Counted from the stretch's first letter, positions 9,694 to 19,572 are shown. The stretch: 41,856 nt of DNA from Bdellovibrionales bacterium (GCA_027317865.1 DAHVQG010000018.1:1-41856), one strand, 5' to 3'. Numbers and translations are program-made. Notes: a model not told the origin generated them from the letters alone.

Positions 9694-11100
9694 ATGTTGT
9701 CTCGAAGTAATTACATTAAACTGTCTATGACTTTGACACTTCTTGCCTTTGCTCTGACGGCTTGTTCGAAAAATGGCGGGGGTGATCCGACGACGCCTAA
9801 ACAACCACCGTTTAACCCTGCGCTCAATATAAACGGGCAACCCGGCACGCCCGGATGGAACGGCGGCAAGCCAATCGCCTCGCAATTTCATCCCGGCACA
9901 ACTATCGGAAATCCGCAGGCACACCCCGTTGTTCCTAGACAAAATTTAAGCGGCAATCGTTCCGGACAATCAGGGGCATCCGCCTCGTCGTCTGCCTCAA
10001 ATCAATCAAGTTCTAACTCGGGCATTATATTTTTAGGGCCCGGCCATGCTTCAGCCCCCGCAAAGGACGCATCGGGCGCAACCGCCGCGCCGGTTGCGGC
10101 TGCCGCTCCGGTCGTTGCGCCGGCCGCCGCGCCACAAGTGCAACCAGAAATGCAGCCCGTTGCCGCGGCAGCGCCTGTCGTGCATGTGCCGATTTCATTT
10201 GACCAGATGCCGCCATCTCGTTTTCAAGCGGAACATACTCAACCGCGTGCCTCACACTTGCGTGAAAATGTGAAGCGTGCGCCGGTTATAGCGCAACATC
10301 ATATTGCCCACCCACCCGTCACTTTTGACCAAATGCCCGCGCATCGGCCAGGATTTGCAGCACCTTCGCTATCGTCGAATCTGAAATATCAGCAGATTAA
10401 AGTCACTTTTGGCGGCAATAAAGTTTTGCGCGATATTAAAATCCCCGTTCCGAAAGAGCCGAGCAAAAAAACACAATGCAGAGCGCCGGTTAAACACCAC
10501 GTGACGATTGCCCGTAAAGTGGCGATGACACATCGACAAAAAGCTTCACCTGCTCGACGGAATAACGGCACAGCCAATCCGCAACTTGTGAAACGCCTTT
10601 CTCCGCTTAAAGTATTTGTTTTGTCTGAGGGGGATCTAAACCCCAGAAACAAGGCTCTCCTCGGGAGCACATTTTTGGTTATCGACAGTCTCAACACCAA
10701 TACGAGGTCCGGTGCCGTGAACGTTGAAAATTCAAAATATGGAATTCGTTTCTCAGAATACGGCGGATCTGTTCCGCAAAGTTTATACTTTGCTCTTTCA
10801 ACAAGCCCTGAAAACGGCATGAAGGGCAATGCCGCTTGTGATGTACAGGAATATATCGGTGGTAACGAATATCACGCCCCCCCGTGTATTGTTCTTCAAA
10901 AAGATTCGATTAACGGAAAAGATCGTGAAATTGCCTACTACATTTATGTTCAACGAAATTCGAATGGCTCAGTCCGCCGCATTGTTCGGGCTAATGAAAG
11001 TGCCGTCTTAGATTCTCGCGCCGTTCAATACGACAAAAAATATATAAAAGAATTTTTAGCCGGGCGCCCCGACGGTTTGTACGTCATCTCGTTACAGTAG
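9694..11100 (+). CDS. Hypothetical lipoprotein with long Pro/Ala/Ser-rich linker
   Basis: AAAGGA RBS before ATG 9694; lipobox LTAC; low-complexity middle; globular C-terminal ~170 aa. Confidence 0.7.
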   Translation: MLSRSNYIKLSMTLTLLAFALTACSKNGGGDPTTPKQPPFNPALNINGQPGTPGWNGGKPIASQFHPGTTIGNPQAHPVVPRQNLSGNRSGQSGASASSSASNQSSSNSGIIFLGPGHASAPAKDASGATAAPVAAAAPVVAPAAAPQVQPEMQPVAAAAPVVHVPISFDQMPPSRFQAEHTQPRASHLRENVKRAPVIAQHHIAHPPVTFDQMPAHRPGFAAPSLSSNLKYQQIKVTFGGNKVLRDIKIPVPKEPSKKTQCRAPVKHHVTIARKVAMTHRQKASPARRNNGTANPQLVKRLSPLKVFVLSEGDLNPRNKALLGSTFLVIDSLNTNTRSGAVNVENSKYGIRFSEYGGSVPQSLYFALSTSPENGMKGNAACDVQEYIGGNEYHAPPCIVLQKDSINGKDREIAYYIYVQRNSNGSVRRIVRANESAVLDSRAVQYDKKYIKEFLAGRPDGLYVISLQ

Positions 11101-11763
11101 CGGCTCGTTGCCGCTCGTTTCACGAATTTGCGCCGCCGGTTTATGCCGCACTCGATACCAAACAGAGATCAGGTAGAGTGCGGCAATAATCGCGATCAGT
11201 AAAACAAAACCAAACATTTCTTTGTGCAAAACGTGAATCATCCCCTCCGGCGAACGGAGAAGTTCAGGATGTGTACCTAATATTTTCTTGCCCCAAACCA
11301 CAAGGACCGAACACCAAAGTGCTGAACCAAGAGCCGTCGCCAATATAAAATCGCGCGCCCGCATGCGAAACACTCCTGCCGGGACAGACACGAGCTGTCG
11401 AACACCAGGCAAAAGTCGAGCGAAAAAAACTCCCGGCGCGCCAAATTCTTTCACCCACATTTCCGCCGACGCGAGATGTTTTTTATTTGTGATGCGCCAC
11501 TTTAACATTTGATGAAGAAATCGCTCACCCGACCATACAAAAAACAGATACATAAGTGTCGCACCAACGACATTACCTAAAATGCCGCAGGTCAAAACTC
11601 CAGCAAAGCTTAATTGCCCTTGCGCCGCCCAATATGCGGCTGGCGGTAGAACAATTTCAGCGGGAATTGGTAAAAGCGTGGACTCTAATGTCATGAGCAA
11701 AAATATGCCGAGGTAACCGCCATTTTTTACCCATGAAAACCACAAGACTATTAATGTATGCAT
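11092..11763 (-). CDS. dedA: DedA family membrane protein
   Basis: LESTLLPIPAEIVLPPA, FFARLLPGVRQLVSVPAG and TALGSALW motifs. Confidence 0.9.
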   Translation of the reverse strand: MHTLIVLWFSWVKNGGYLGIFLLMTLESTLLPIPAEIVLPPAAYWAAQGQLSFAGVLTCGILGNVVGATLMYLFFVWSGERFLHQMLKWRITNKKHLASAEMWVKEFGAPGVFFARLLPGVRQLVSVPAGVFRMRARDFILATALGSALWCSVLVVWGKKILGTHPELLRSPEGMIHVLHKEMFGFVLLIAIIAALYLISVWYRVRHKPAAQIRETSGNEPLL

Positions 11764-11865
11764 TTTGTTACCATCATTATTTTACAAAACTATTTTTCTC
11801 CGAAGCTAATGTCACGTGCGGAATTTACCGAATCATGGTCGAATGTAATAAAGGAGGGTTTTCAA

Positions 11866-12642
11866 ATGAAGCCAAGTTCAATCATACGCGCGGTGTTGTT
11901 GGGGGTCTGCGTCGCGACTCTCGGCGGGTGCGGCAAAAGTGCCTCAAGCATTTTTAAAAATGCGACGTTTACTGTGGTCCCACAAAACGGTGATGAGTAT
12001 CTTCAACTTGAAGTCGACATCAATTCTAGCAACATCATTTTTTCTGGATTGACCATTCCGATTATCTCGCACTCACAGGTGATCGGTGATGTGGGCGTGA
12101 GCACTAACCTTTCGACGGGTACAAGCGCTATGGTTGTACAGCTCGATTTGACGAAGGTATTAAAAGTCCCGAACCCAACTTTGGGCGGAATACTGCCAAA
12201 CGGTTTGCCGTGGCCAGTAACCGGCGTCAATCTAGGTCAAATGATGTCTTTTGCAGTAGGGAGCAGCGGCTCAAGGGTCTATTTGTACTATGATCCGACC
12301 GCGAAAAAGGCCATGCTCGGTGCCGCGCTTGATGTGTCGGCTCTTAATATTGGAACTCCCGCCACATTATTTTCAACGTTCTCGCAGTCAGGGATCAATG
12401 GTCTTGTCGGTCTCTACACGGGCAAAACGGCAAACACCAGTGGTGTGGGTTTCTTAGCTGACGTCAGCTCAAAAATGAGCTTCCCGGCGGCGCTAAGTCT
12501 TCATCGCGAAATGGTTCGCAAAACAAAACCCGTTCAACGCGTACAGTTCTATTCAACTTCACCGAAAGCGGCCGTTCGACAAAAAATCGATCGCGTTCTC
12601 TATCGTTTGAATGAATCGCACGCACGAATCACAATTCACTAA
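11866..12642 (+). CDS. Hypothetical lipoprotein, beta-rich
   Basis: AAGGAGG RBS before ATG 11866 (MKPSS); lipobox LGGC; followed by a hairpin. Confidence 0.72.
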   Translation: MKPSSIIRAVLLGVCVATLGGCGKSASSIFKNATFTVVPQNGDEYLQLEVDINSSNIIFSGLTIPIISHSQVIGDVGVSTNLSTGTSAMVVQLDLTKVLKVPNPTLGGILPNGLPWPVTGVNLGQMMSFAVGSSGSRVYLYYDPTAKKAMLGAALDVSALNIGTPATLFSTFSQSGINGLVGLYTGKTANTSGVGFLADVSSKMSFPAALSLHREMVRKTKPVQRVQFYSTSPKAAVRQKIDRVLYRLNESHARITIH

Positions 12643-12670
12643 GATTTGCCGGCGATAAGCTTGCATTTTC

Positions 12671-12704
12671 ACATGCCCCTTGAGCTAAGTTTCGAGGGGC
12701 ATGT
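12671..12704. terminator. Hairpin between convergent genes, probable terminator
   Basis: ACATGCCCCTTGAG-loop-TTCGAGGGGCATGT inverted repeat; T-rich tract follows on the + strand. Confidence 0.75.
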
Positions 12705-12744
12705 TCATTTTTGTGTCTTCATCATGCGGCCATTAGTAAAAAAC

Positions 12745-14319
12745 TTATTCAAGAATAACCGGCTCGCCGCTTTCAGGGCGAACACTTTCTTGCGGCAAGA
12801 AAAGTGCAAAAACAATTGCGAGCAAAACTATTGCCGCACCAAAAATAAACGAGTCTTGGTAGCCAGCGACCGCCGCGTTCATAACAGCATTTTTAATCAA
12901 TAAGACGCGCGACAAAAGACGCCCAACTGCCGGCGAGTAACCAAGCCGCAACGTTCGGTAGAAAATTCCCTGCATCGCTTCGCGTATTGCCGGTGTGTTG
13001 GGGTTAAGTGCTGAACCAATCGCCAGCAAATGAAATTTTGTGCGAATGTCTAGTACTGTGCCTAGAACGGCGATGCCTATAGACCCAGCAACTTGCTGAA
13101 TGAGATTCAGTAATACTGTGGCTTGGCCGGTTTTTGATTTTGGAACGGCATTAAGCGCCGTGGCCATCAACGGTGCCACCAATAGTCCAATGCCGATCCC
13201 GCGAATAAGTGTTGGTCCAATTATCCCCCAAACCGAGGTGCTCACATCGATAGAACGGTAATCGAACATAAACCACGCAACTAGTAATAGCCCGATAATT
13301 GCAACAGTCCGCACTCCGAATTTGTCGGCAATCTTTGGAGCAAGCGGCATCATAAAACCAATCACAATCGCGCCGGGCAGCAAAATCAAACCGCTTTTAA
13401 TTTCGTCAAACCCCATGAAAATTTCCATAAAAAGCGGAAGCAAGAATACTCCGCCGAAAAGTCCAACCGACCGGCCGGCCGTGACTAAAAATGACGAAGT
13501 AAAAATTTTATTTTTAAAAATACTTAAATCAAGAATTGGATGTTCAATTTGAGTTTCAACCGTTAAAAACCCAATCAAACTAAAAACGCCTACGGCAACG
13601 CATGTCATGATGTAAGGGGATGTCCAACCTTTACTGTTGCCTTTGTTAAGACCCAATAAAAGCGCGATCAAAAACGCGGCCAAAAATATGAAGCCAAAAA
13701 AATCAAACGGCCGCCGACGAATGTCTTCTTCTTTGTCTTTGCGGATTAAAAATATTGAGAGAATCGTCGCGATAATGCCAATCGGCAGGTTCACCATAAA
13801 GATCGCGCGCCAGCTGATGTCATAGGTGAGATACCCCCCGAGCGTGGGGCCAATTGCCGGGCCAACAATTACGCCCACTCCCCAATAGCCAAGAGCTTTC
13901 GCCCGCTCCCGCGGTTCGAACACGTCTGAGATCATAGCCATTGCTGTTGGGTTAACGGCCCCGCCACCAGCGGCCTGCAAAACGCGCGCAAAAATGAGAC
14001 TTGGCAAATTCCATGATACCGCACACAAAACGGAACCAAACGTAAAAATCGCAAGACTTACTGTAAATAATTTTTTACTCCCCACACGATCGCGCAGCCA
14101 ACTTGTGAGAGAAATCAGACTGGCGAACGTGAGCATATATCCGGTCACAACCCATTCTATTTGATCAACAGATGCCCCAAAACTTGCCATAATCGCCGGC
14201 AGCGAAACATTGACAATGCTCGCGTCAAGGGTCGCCATGAACGAACCAAGCAATACAATAGAGAGCAGAAGCCACTTGTACGTGTCGTTATTTTCTTGTG
14301 CGGCCGAAATGGATACCAC
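12745..14319 (-). CDS. emrB: DHA2 family (EmrB/QacA) MFS efflux permease
   Basis: About 14 TM segments; LDASIVNVSLP, WVVTGY, ARVLQAAGGG, GPAIGPTLGG and WRAIFMVNLPIG motifs. Confidence 0.9.
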   Translation of the reverse strand: MVSISAAQENNDTYKWLLLSIVLLGSFMATLDASIVNVSLPAIMASFGASVDQIEWVVTGYMLTFASLISLTSWLRDRVGSKKLFTVSLAIFTFGSVLCAVSWNLPSLIFARVLQAAGGGAVNPTAMAMISDVFEPRERAKALGYWGVGVIVGPAIGPTLGGYLTYDISWRAIFMVNLPIGIIATILSIFLIRKDKEEDIRRRPFDFFGFIFLAAFLIALLLGLNKGNSKGWTSPYIMTCVAVGVFSLIGFLTVETQIEHPILDLSIFKNKIFTSSFLVTAGRSVGLFGGVFLLPLFMEIFMGFDEIKSGLILLPGAIVIGFMMPLAPKIADKFGVRTVAIIGLLLVAWFMFDYRSIDVSTSVWGIIGPTLIRGIGIGLLVAPLMATALNAVPKSKTGQATVLLNLIQQVAGSIGIAVLGTVLDIRTKFHLLAIGSALNPNTPAIREAMQGIFYRTLRLGYSPAVGRLLSRVLLIKNAVMNAAVAGYQDSFIFGAAIVLLAIVFALFLPQESVRPESGEPVILE

Positions 14320-14324
14320 GCCGC

Positions 14325-15140
14325 TTACCTCACGAGAATTTTAATTTCGACCGACTCGCCCGCGCGCAAATGAATGCCCGGATGTGGATTAAGTGCAACT
14401 TTTATCGGAATTCGTTGCACCAGTTTTGTGAAATTACCAGACGGATTTTCTGCAGGGATAAGCGCAAACTGCGCGGCCGTTGATCGCAGAATTTCAAGTA
14501 CGTGCCCTGTAAGAGATCCGCCTGCGTCGACGTTGATGTAAACGGGTTGGCCAACTTTAAGAAGCCCAACATCCGTTTCTTCAATATTCGCCGAAACCCA
14601 AGCGTGCTCGACATCAGCGACGGTCACCAGAGTTTGACCCGTTTGCACCACGTCTCCGACGTCGACACTCTTTTGCACAACAACACCATCTATTGGGCTC
14701 TTAATTGTTGTGTCTTCAAGCGCCACGGTTGCGAGTTCAAGCTCGGCTTTGGCTTTCTGGGCATTATCTTGGGCGACATCTAAATCGCGCTGGGGTAGTC
14801 CGCCTTGCCTGACGAGTCGTGAAATTCGCGCCAGTTCTCTTTGAGTAAAATCAGCTTGCGCCTGTGCGATTTTCAATCTGGCTTTTGCCACGCGGTGATC
14901 AAGCTCCACCAAAACATCGCCCTTTTTTACGTGCGAACCGACGTCTACATTTAGCTTGATGACTCGGCCCCCGACGCCTTCAGGAGCCACGCGCACCAAT
15001 GTCGCCGCAACTCGCGCATCATCCGTTGAGACGTAGGGATGAATAAAAAACCACCAACCAATAATCACCAGCAGTGCAAGTATGCCGACTGCGGTGATTA
15101 CATTTTTTGTTGTTTTACTTTTGATCCAGTCGTTACTCAT
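14325..15140 (-). CDS. emrA: HlyD/EmrA family membrane fusion protein
   Basis: N-terminal TM, STDDA, VKKGDVLVELD, IKSPIDG and NPSGNFTKLVQRIPIK motifs; adjacent to emrB. Confidence 0.9.
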   Translation of the reverse strand: MSNDWIKSKTTKNVITAVGILALLVIIGWWFFIHPYVSTDDARVAATLVRVAPEGVGGRVIKLNVDVGSHVKKGDVLVELDHRVAKARLKIAQAQADFTQRELARISRLVRQGGLPQRDLDVAQDNAQKAKAELELATVALEDTTIKSPIDGVVVQKSVDVGDVVQTGQTLVTVADVEHAWVSANIEETDVGLLKVGQPVYINVDAGGSLTGHVLEILRSTAAQFALIPAENPSGNFTKLVQRIPIKVALNPHPGIHLRAGESVEIKILVR

Positions 15141-15155
15141 GCTGCTCTTCTAACG

Positions 15156-15249
15156 TGGCGGAGAGACCGGGATTCGAACCCGGGGTACGGGTTTTAGCCC
15201 GTACGGTTGTTTAGCAAACAACTGGTTTCAGCCACTCACCCATCTCTCC
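15156..15249 (-). tRNA. tRNA-Ser(GCT)
   Basis: GGAGAGA acceptor stem, anticodon arm GTTGT-TTGCTAA-ACAAC, long variable arm, GGTTCGAATCC, encoded CCA. Confidence 0.97.
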
Positions 15250-15268
15250 GAAATTGTTTGAACGCCAA

Positions 15269-15297
15269 ACTCTACATTTTGTACGCGCTTGCGGCAA
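15269..15297 (-). promoter_or_regulatory. Sigma70-like promoter for tRNA-Ser(GCT)
   Basis: TTGCCG-N17-TAGAGT immediately upstream of the tRNA. Confidence 0.5.
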
Positions 15298-15300
15298 GGC

Positions 15301-15900
15301 TTACGGATCGCGATAATTCTCGGGGAATAGCTCCCGCTCAACAGTCTCAATTACGGTATGTAGTAACTTAATGTGCATCTCTTGAATGCGATCACTGGTC
15401 TCACCCGGTACAATAATGGCCAGATCCGCTATGCCTTTTAGCTTGCCCCCTCCCTTACCAAGAAGGGCCACGGTTTGAATGCCTCTTTCGCGGGCCACTT
15501 GAAAGGCATTAATCACGTTTTGTGAATTGCCGCTAGTTGAAAGGCCGACAAGCAAATCTCCGCGCCGGCCGAGTCCACTGAGTTGGCGGCTAAAGATATG
15601 TTCAAAACCATAATCATTTGACACACATGTTACATGGCTCGAATCCCCAAGTGCGAGCGCACCAATGGCCCGGCGATCTTTTCTGTAGCGCCCCGTGAAC
15701 TCTTCGGCAAAATGCATGGCATCGCAGTGAGATCCGCCATTGCCGCAACTAAATAAATTTTTCCCGTCACGAAGGGTGCCCAAAATCATCTCGGTAAATC
15801 GGCCGCACTTCTCAATCTGCGCGGGATCATTCATAAACTCTTCAAGAACCGTATGTGCATCACAAAATGCCGATTGCCAAATTTCTATAGATGTCTTCAT
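15301..15900 (-). CDS. gmhA: D-sedoheptulose 7-phosphate isomerase
   Basis: CGNGGSHCDAMHFAEE, SNDYGF, STSGNS and DRIQEMH motifs. Confidence 0.96.
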   Translation of the reverse strand: MKTSIEIWQSAFCDAHTVLEEFMNDPAQIEKCGRFTEMILGTLRDGKNLFSCGNGGSHCDAMHFAEEFTGRYRKDRRAIGALALGDSSHVTCVSNDYGFEHIFSRQLSGLGRRGDLLVGLSTSGNSQNVINAFQVARERGIQTVALLGKGGGKLKGIADLAIIVPGETSDRIQEMHIKLLHTVIETVERELFPENYRDP

Positions 15901-16051
15901 GTCTTTCTGCGTGAGTCGCTTATTGACAACCCACTCCTTCTACAGTTGGAGAAATCGTAGCGAATTCAGGGGGAGAAGTCACTTTTAGGCTTGCGGAGCG
16001 GGGGGCGTTTCGCTAAAAACAGAGCGGTTTAGGTTTTAATTCTTCTCCGGT

Positions 16052-16128
16052 GCGGCCGTAGCTCAGTTGGATAGAGTACTTGACTACGAATCAAGTGGTC
16101 GGTGGTTCGAATCCTCCCGGCCGCGCCA
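16052..16128 (+). tRNA. tRNA-Arg(ACG)
   Basis: GCGGCCG stem, anticodon arm CTTGA-CTACGAA-TCAAG, GGTTCGAATCC, CCA end. Confidence 0.97.
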
Positions 16129-16179
16129 TTTTTATTTGGGCACGGGTCGTTTTACCGTCGCTCTATAATTTTAAACCGC

Positions 16180-18024
16180 TCAATGCTTCAAGACCGATAT
16201 GGGCTGTAAATTTTTAAGTTCGCCGTGGTATGCGGGCATCCGAAAATTCGCGTGAGAAAGACCGCTTAGAATGAATAGGGCCCTTTCATCGCCAACTCGG
16301 GCATAGTTGATCATTTCTTCAATTTCATTTTCGATTACGTTGCCGGTCATACCCGAAAGATAATCCCCGCCTTTTGGTACAACCAAAATGTCGGGGTGTT
16401 CGGTATTCAGTTCATTACCAGATATATAAAGCTCTTCGGCCATTTTCTCGCCGGGCCGAAGACCGATTATCTTATACGATACTGTTGATTCGTCTTTACC
16501 CATAAGCTGCACCAGTGCTTTTGCGATGTCGATGACCTTTACCGGGTCACCCATCCGCAACATGTTTATATCGCCGGGGCTTGAAATTGAAGCGGCTTTG
16601 AGAACGAGTGCCACCGCTTCTTCAACAAGCATAAAATATCGCTGCGCCTCAGGATGGGTAATCGTCAGCGGTTTACCGGCCTCGATTTGTTTTTGAAGCG
16701 CCGGGATTAAACTCCCGCTGCTCCCGAGGACGTTGCCGAAGCGGACAGAGCAATAAGCGCTGCGTATGCGCGAGCCTATCAACGAGGTCATCACTTCGCA
16801 AACGCGTTTTGTCGAACCCATTACACCGCCGGGATTGACCGCCTTATCCGTAGAGATAAGAACAAAGTTTGTAATGTGATTGAGTTCACAATGCCGCAGC
16901 AAATTCCGCGTCCCTAAGACGTTGTTTAGTATCGCCGCATAGGGGTTTGTTTCAACCAAGTGCACGTGTTTATAAGCGGCTGCGTGAAGTACGACTTCAG
17001 GCCGATACTGCTTAAAGATTTGAGAAAGTGCGGCATCATCTTTGAGGTCCGCCAGGCACGGCACGATCACGTCGCCATAATCTGGCAACGAACGAAATTC
17101 CGAATCAATTGAATAAAGATTAAATTCGGAATGGTCGAGAAGAATCAACTGCGCCGGTTTGAAAGAAAGAACTTGCCGCGAAAGTTCACTGCCAACAGAA
17201 CCCCCTGCGCCCGTGATTAGAACGCGCCGGCCGGCCAGCATTTCGCGTGTCGACGTCACCTCAATTTTGCGCGCGGGCCGCACCAGAAGGTCTTTGAGTT
17301 CAATTTCGCGCAAACCCCGGCTGAATTCGGTTGCTTCGTCGGAATTCAGAACAAGGGGTTTGACGCCTTGAGCGGAACAAATCGAAACAATTGTTTTGAG
17401 CAGTTCGCGAGGAGCTTGCGGAACCGCCACCACAAGTTTTTTGATTTTTTGCTCAGTGAGCGTTTTCTGTAATTTATCAATTCCGCCAAAAACTGGAAAT
17501 CCGGAAATATTCGTGCCGATTTTTTCGCGGTCTTCGCCGATAAAACCAACCATAAAAAGTTTCAACGTCTTGTCGCTGAGCAATCGCTTGAGAACGCCTT
17601 GCCCCGTAAGACCCGCACCGAATATCAATGCCCGGTCACCAAATTTTTTGAACTCGCTTTGACTTTGCTTTTCAAAAATAAGCCGCCGCACAATGCGAAC
17701 GCCGCAGGTCAAAATGATAAGCAGAATCGCATCAATGAAAAAAACGGATCGCGGGATTGTCGCAATCGAAAAAAGATAATCAACCGCTATAATTGCCAAT
17801 GTCGAAATCAAAATCGACTTGGTTATGTTGTACGCATCCGATGTCGAAACGTAACGCCAGATGCCACTAGATGTGCCAAAATACAAAAATGATAATAACC
17901 GGAAAAAAATCAGGTAGGGAAAGAGCCGCCACATCCCCGGTAAAAATCCGCGCGCTTGAGCGGGGCTAACCCGCAAATAAAGCGCAACAAAAAACGACAG
18001 AGTTACAAGAAGCAAATCTGCCAT
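16180..18024 (-). CDS. Membrane-bound nucleoside-diphosphate sugar 4,6-dehydratase (CapD/WbpM/PglF family)
   Basis: 4 N-terminal TMs, CoA-binding-like domain, TGAGGSVGSEL, HAAAYKHV, ISTDKAVNP, VRFGNVLGSSGS and GLRPGEK motifs. Confidence 0.93.
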   Translation of the reverse strand: MADLLLVTLSFFVALYLRVSPAQARGFLPGMWRLFPYLIFFRLLSFLYFGTSSGIWRYVSTSDAYNITKSILISTLAIIAVDYLFSIATIPRSVFFIDAILLIILTCGVRIVRRLIFEKQSQSEFKKFGDRALIFGAGLTGQGVLKRLLSDKTLKLFMVGFIGEDREKIGTNISGFPVFGGIDKLQKTLTEQKIKKLVVAVPQAPRELLKTIVSICSAQGVKPLVLNSDEATEFSRGLREIELKDLLVRPARKIEVTSTREMLAGRRVLITGAGGSVGSELSRQVLSFKPAQLILLDHSEFNLYSIDSEFRSLPDYGDVIVPCLADLKDDAALSQIFKQYRPEVVLHAAAYKHVHLVETNPYAAILNNVLGTRNLLRHCELNHITNFVLISTDKAVNPGGVMGSTKRVCEVMTSLIGSRIRSAYCSVRFGNVLGSSGSLIPALQKQIEAGKPLTITHPEAQRYFMLVEEAVALVLKAASISSPGDINMLRMGDPVKVIDIAKALVQLMGKDESTVSYKIIGLRPGEKMAEELYISGNELNTEHPDILVVPKGGDYLSGMTGNVIENEIEEMINYARVGDERALFILSGLSHANFRMPAYHGELKNLQPISVLKH

Positions 18025-18059
18025 AAGATGTTGATAGTTTACGCGTAGAAGCTTACGGT

Positions 18060-18635
18060 TCAGTGGGTCACTCCTTTTGACGAAATCGCGTTCATTATTG
18101 TTAGCAAAATGATCTTCGTGTCAAACGCAAATGATCTCTTTGCAGCATATTCAACATCATAGCGGACCTTTTCGGGTATCGAGAGCTCGTCACGGCCATT
18201 GATTTGGGCCCATCCTGTAATGCCCGGCAGGACCTTATGCACGCCAAGTTCTGTCCGCAAGGATATAAGATCGTCTTGGTTAAAAAGTGCTGGGCGAGGG
18301 CCGACAAGCGACATGTCGCCAACTATAACTGACCAAAATTGCGGTAGCTCATCGAGGCTTAGCTTTCGTAAAAAACCGCCTATCGGAGTCAAGTACTGTT
18401 GGGGATTATCCAATTTATGGGTCGCAAGTTGTGGGGTGTCGACCCTCATTGTGCGAAATTTTGGCATGAGAAAAATTTTGTTATCAACGCCAATACGCTC
18501 CGACCAATGGAGCGCCGGGCCACTTGAGGTCAATTTAACCAAAAGTCCAATTAGTAACATTGGAACAAATAAGACAATAAAGACCGGTATGCCGACCACA
18601 AGATCGAACAGTCTCTTGCTAGAAACTGAAGCCAT
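18060..18635 (-). CDS. Undecaprenyl-phosphate sugar phosphotransferase (Bac_transf family)
   Basis: KRLFD, KFRTM, SLDELPQ, GDMSLVGPRP and PGITGWAQING motifs. Confidence 0.93.
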   Translation of the reverse strand: MASVSSKRLFDLVVGIPVFIVLFVPMLLIGLLVKLTSSGPALHWSERIGVDNKIFLMPKFRTMRVDTPQLATHKLDNPQQYLTPIGGFLRKLSLDELPQFWSVIVGDMSLVGPRPALFNQDDLISLRTELGVHKVLPGITGWAQINGRDELSIPEKVRYDVEYAAKRSFAFDTKIILLTIMNAISSKGVTH

Positions 18636-18716
18636 CGGCGAACTATGTCACAGCGCAACCAGGTAATCAAGTAAGCGCCCTTGAAGTGCGATGAATTGTC
18701 GGGCTACACTAGTACT

Positions 18717-19154
18717 ATGAAACTACTTAAAATTTTCAAATTAGCGGCGATCGGGCTCCTTCTTGCTTCACTATTTGGCTGTGCGACTTACAGGCCCATT
18801 GTGGACCAAAACGCACACTACAATGAGGTCGGCCAAACTCAGGCGAATCGCGACATTAACGAGTGTATGCGGGCAGCAAACGCTTATCTTTCACAATACA
18901 AAACACAGCGGGAAGAAAATGCCGCAAAACGCGAAGCGGGGATGGGAGCTATTGTTGGTGGTGCACTCGGGCTTCTCGGCGGTGGTAATTTGCGCTCAAC
19001 AATCGGCGGAGCGGCCGTTGGCGGTGTTGCCGGCGGTCTCATGGGAGCAGGCGGTGTCGCAGCCCAGGGTAACCTGACGCCCGATCAAATCAAAGAGCGT
19101 TATGTTGATAATTGCCTCGCTCGCAAAGGCTATAGCGTTCTGGGCTGGGAGTAA
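18717..19154 (+). CDS. Glycine-zipper lipoprotein
   Basis: Lipobox LFGC; GAIVGGALG/GAAVGGVAGG glycine zipper; C-terminal CLARKGY. Start placed at ATG 18717. Confidence 0.8.
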   Translation: MKLLKIFKLAAIGLLLASLFGCATYRPIVDQNAHYNEVGQTQANRDINECMRAANAYLSQYKTQREENAAKREAGMGAIVGGALGLLGGGNLRSTIGGAAVGGVAGGLMGAGGVAAQGNLTPDQIKERYVDNCLARKGYSVLGWE

Positions 19155-19161
19155 CCAATCG

Positions 19162-19329
19162 ATGCCGACTGCGCAATGGATCATTAAACTCAATTTTCTA
19201 ATCCTCGCGCTTGGAATTGTTCTTTACGCAATGTTTGTGCTCCGGCATCGGGGGCTTAACCCAAATGTATTAAGCGCGGTTGGTATTTCGGTTCATGAAA
19301 GTCACTCGTTATCAAAACCTCGTCATTGA
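19162..19329 (+). CDS. Possible 55-aa single-TM small protein
   Basis: GGGAG 10 nt before ATG 19162; hydrophobic FLILALGIVLYAMFVL followed by RHR; fills the gap before the tRNA promoter. Confidence 0.4.
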   Translation: MPTAQWIIKLNFLILALGIVLYAMFVLRHRGLNPNVLSAVGISVHESHSLSKPRH

Positions 19330-19354
19330 CTTTGATTCACGTATTTTTTAGCTT
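19326..19354 (+). promoter_or_regulatory. Sigma70-like promoter for tRNA-Asn
   Basis: TTGACT-N17-TAGCTT about 22 bp before the tRNA. Confidence 0.55.
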
Positions 19355-19376
19355 CAAGTTTCTTCGTTTCAGCTAC

Positions 19377-19452
19377 TCAGGCGTAGCTCAGTAGGTAGAG
19401 CAAGCGGCTGTTAACCGCTTGGTCGGGGGTTCGAGTCCCTCCGCCTGAGCCA
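19377..19452 (+). tRNA. tRNA-Asn(GTT)
   Basis: TCAGGCG stem, anticodon arm AGCGG-CTGTTAA-CCGCT, GGTTCGAGTCC, CCA end. Confidence 0.97.
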
Positions 19453-19482
19453 ATTTTAAAAAATTCCATTCGAAAATAAAGT

Positions 19483-19572
19483 TGGCGGAGAGACCGGGAT
19501 TCGAACCCGGGAAGGCCGTAAGACCTTGCCAGTTTTCAAGACTGGTGCTTTCAACCACTCAGCCATCTCTCC
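19483..19572 (-). tRNA. tRNA-Ser(TGA)
   Basis: GGAGAGA stem, anticodon arm CCAGT-CTTGAAA-ACTGG, long variable arm, CCA end; TTGACC-N17-TAAATT upstream (19580..19608). Confidence 0.97.

Noticed and set aside
15156-19511. 29-bp direct repeat (tggcggagagaccgggattcgaacccggg) at 15156 and 19483 resembling attL/attR
   Set aside because: Both copies are the 3' ends of complete tRNA-Ser genes; no integrase, and the enclosed genes are housekeeping
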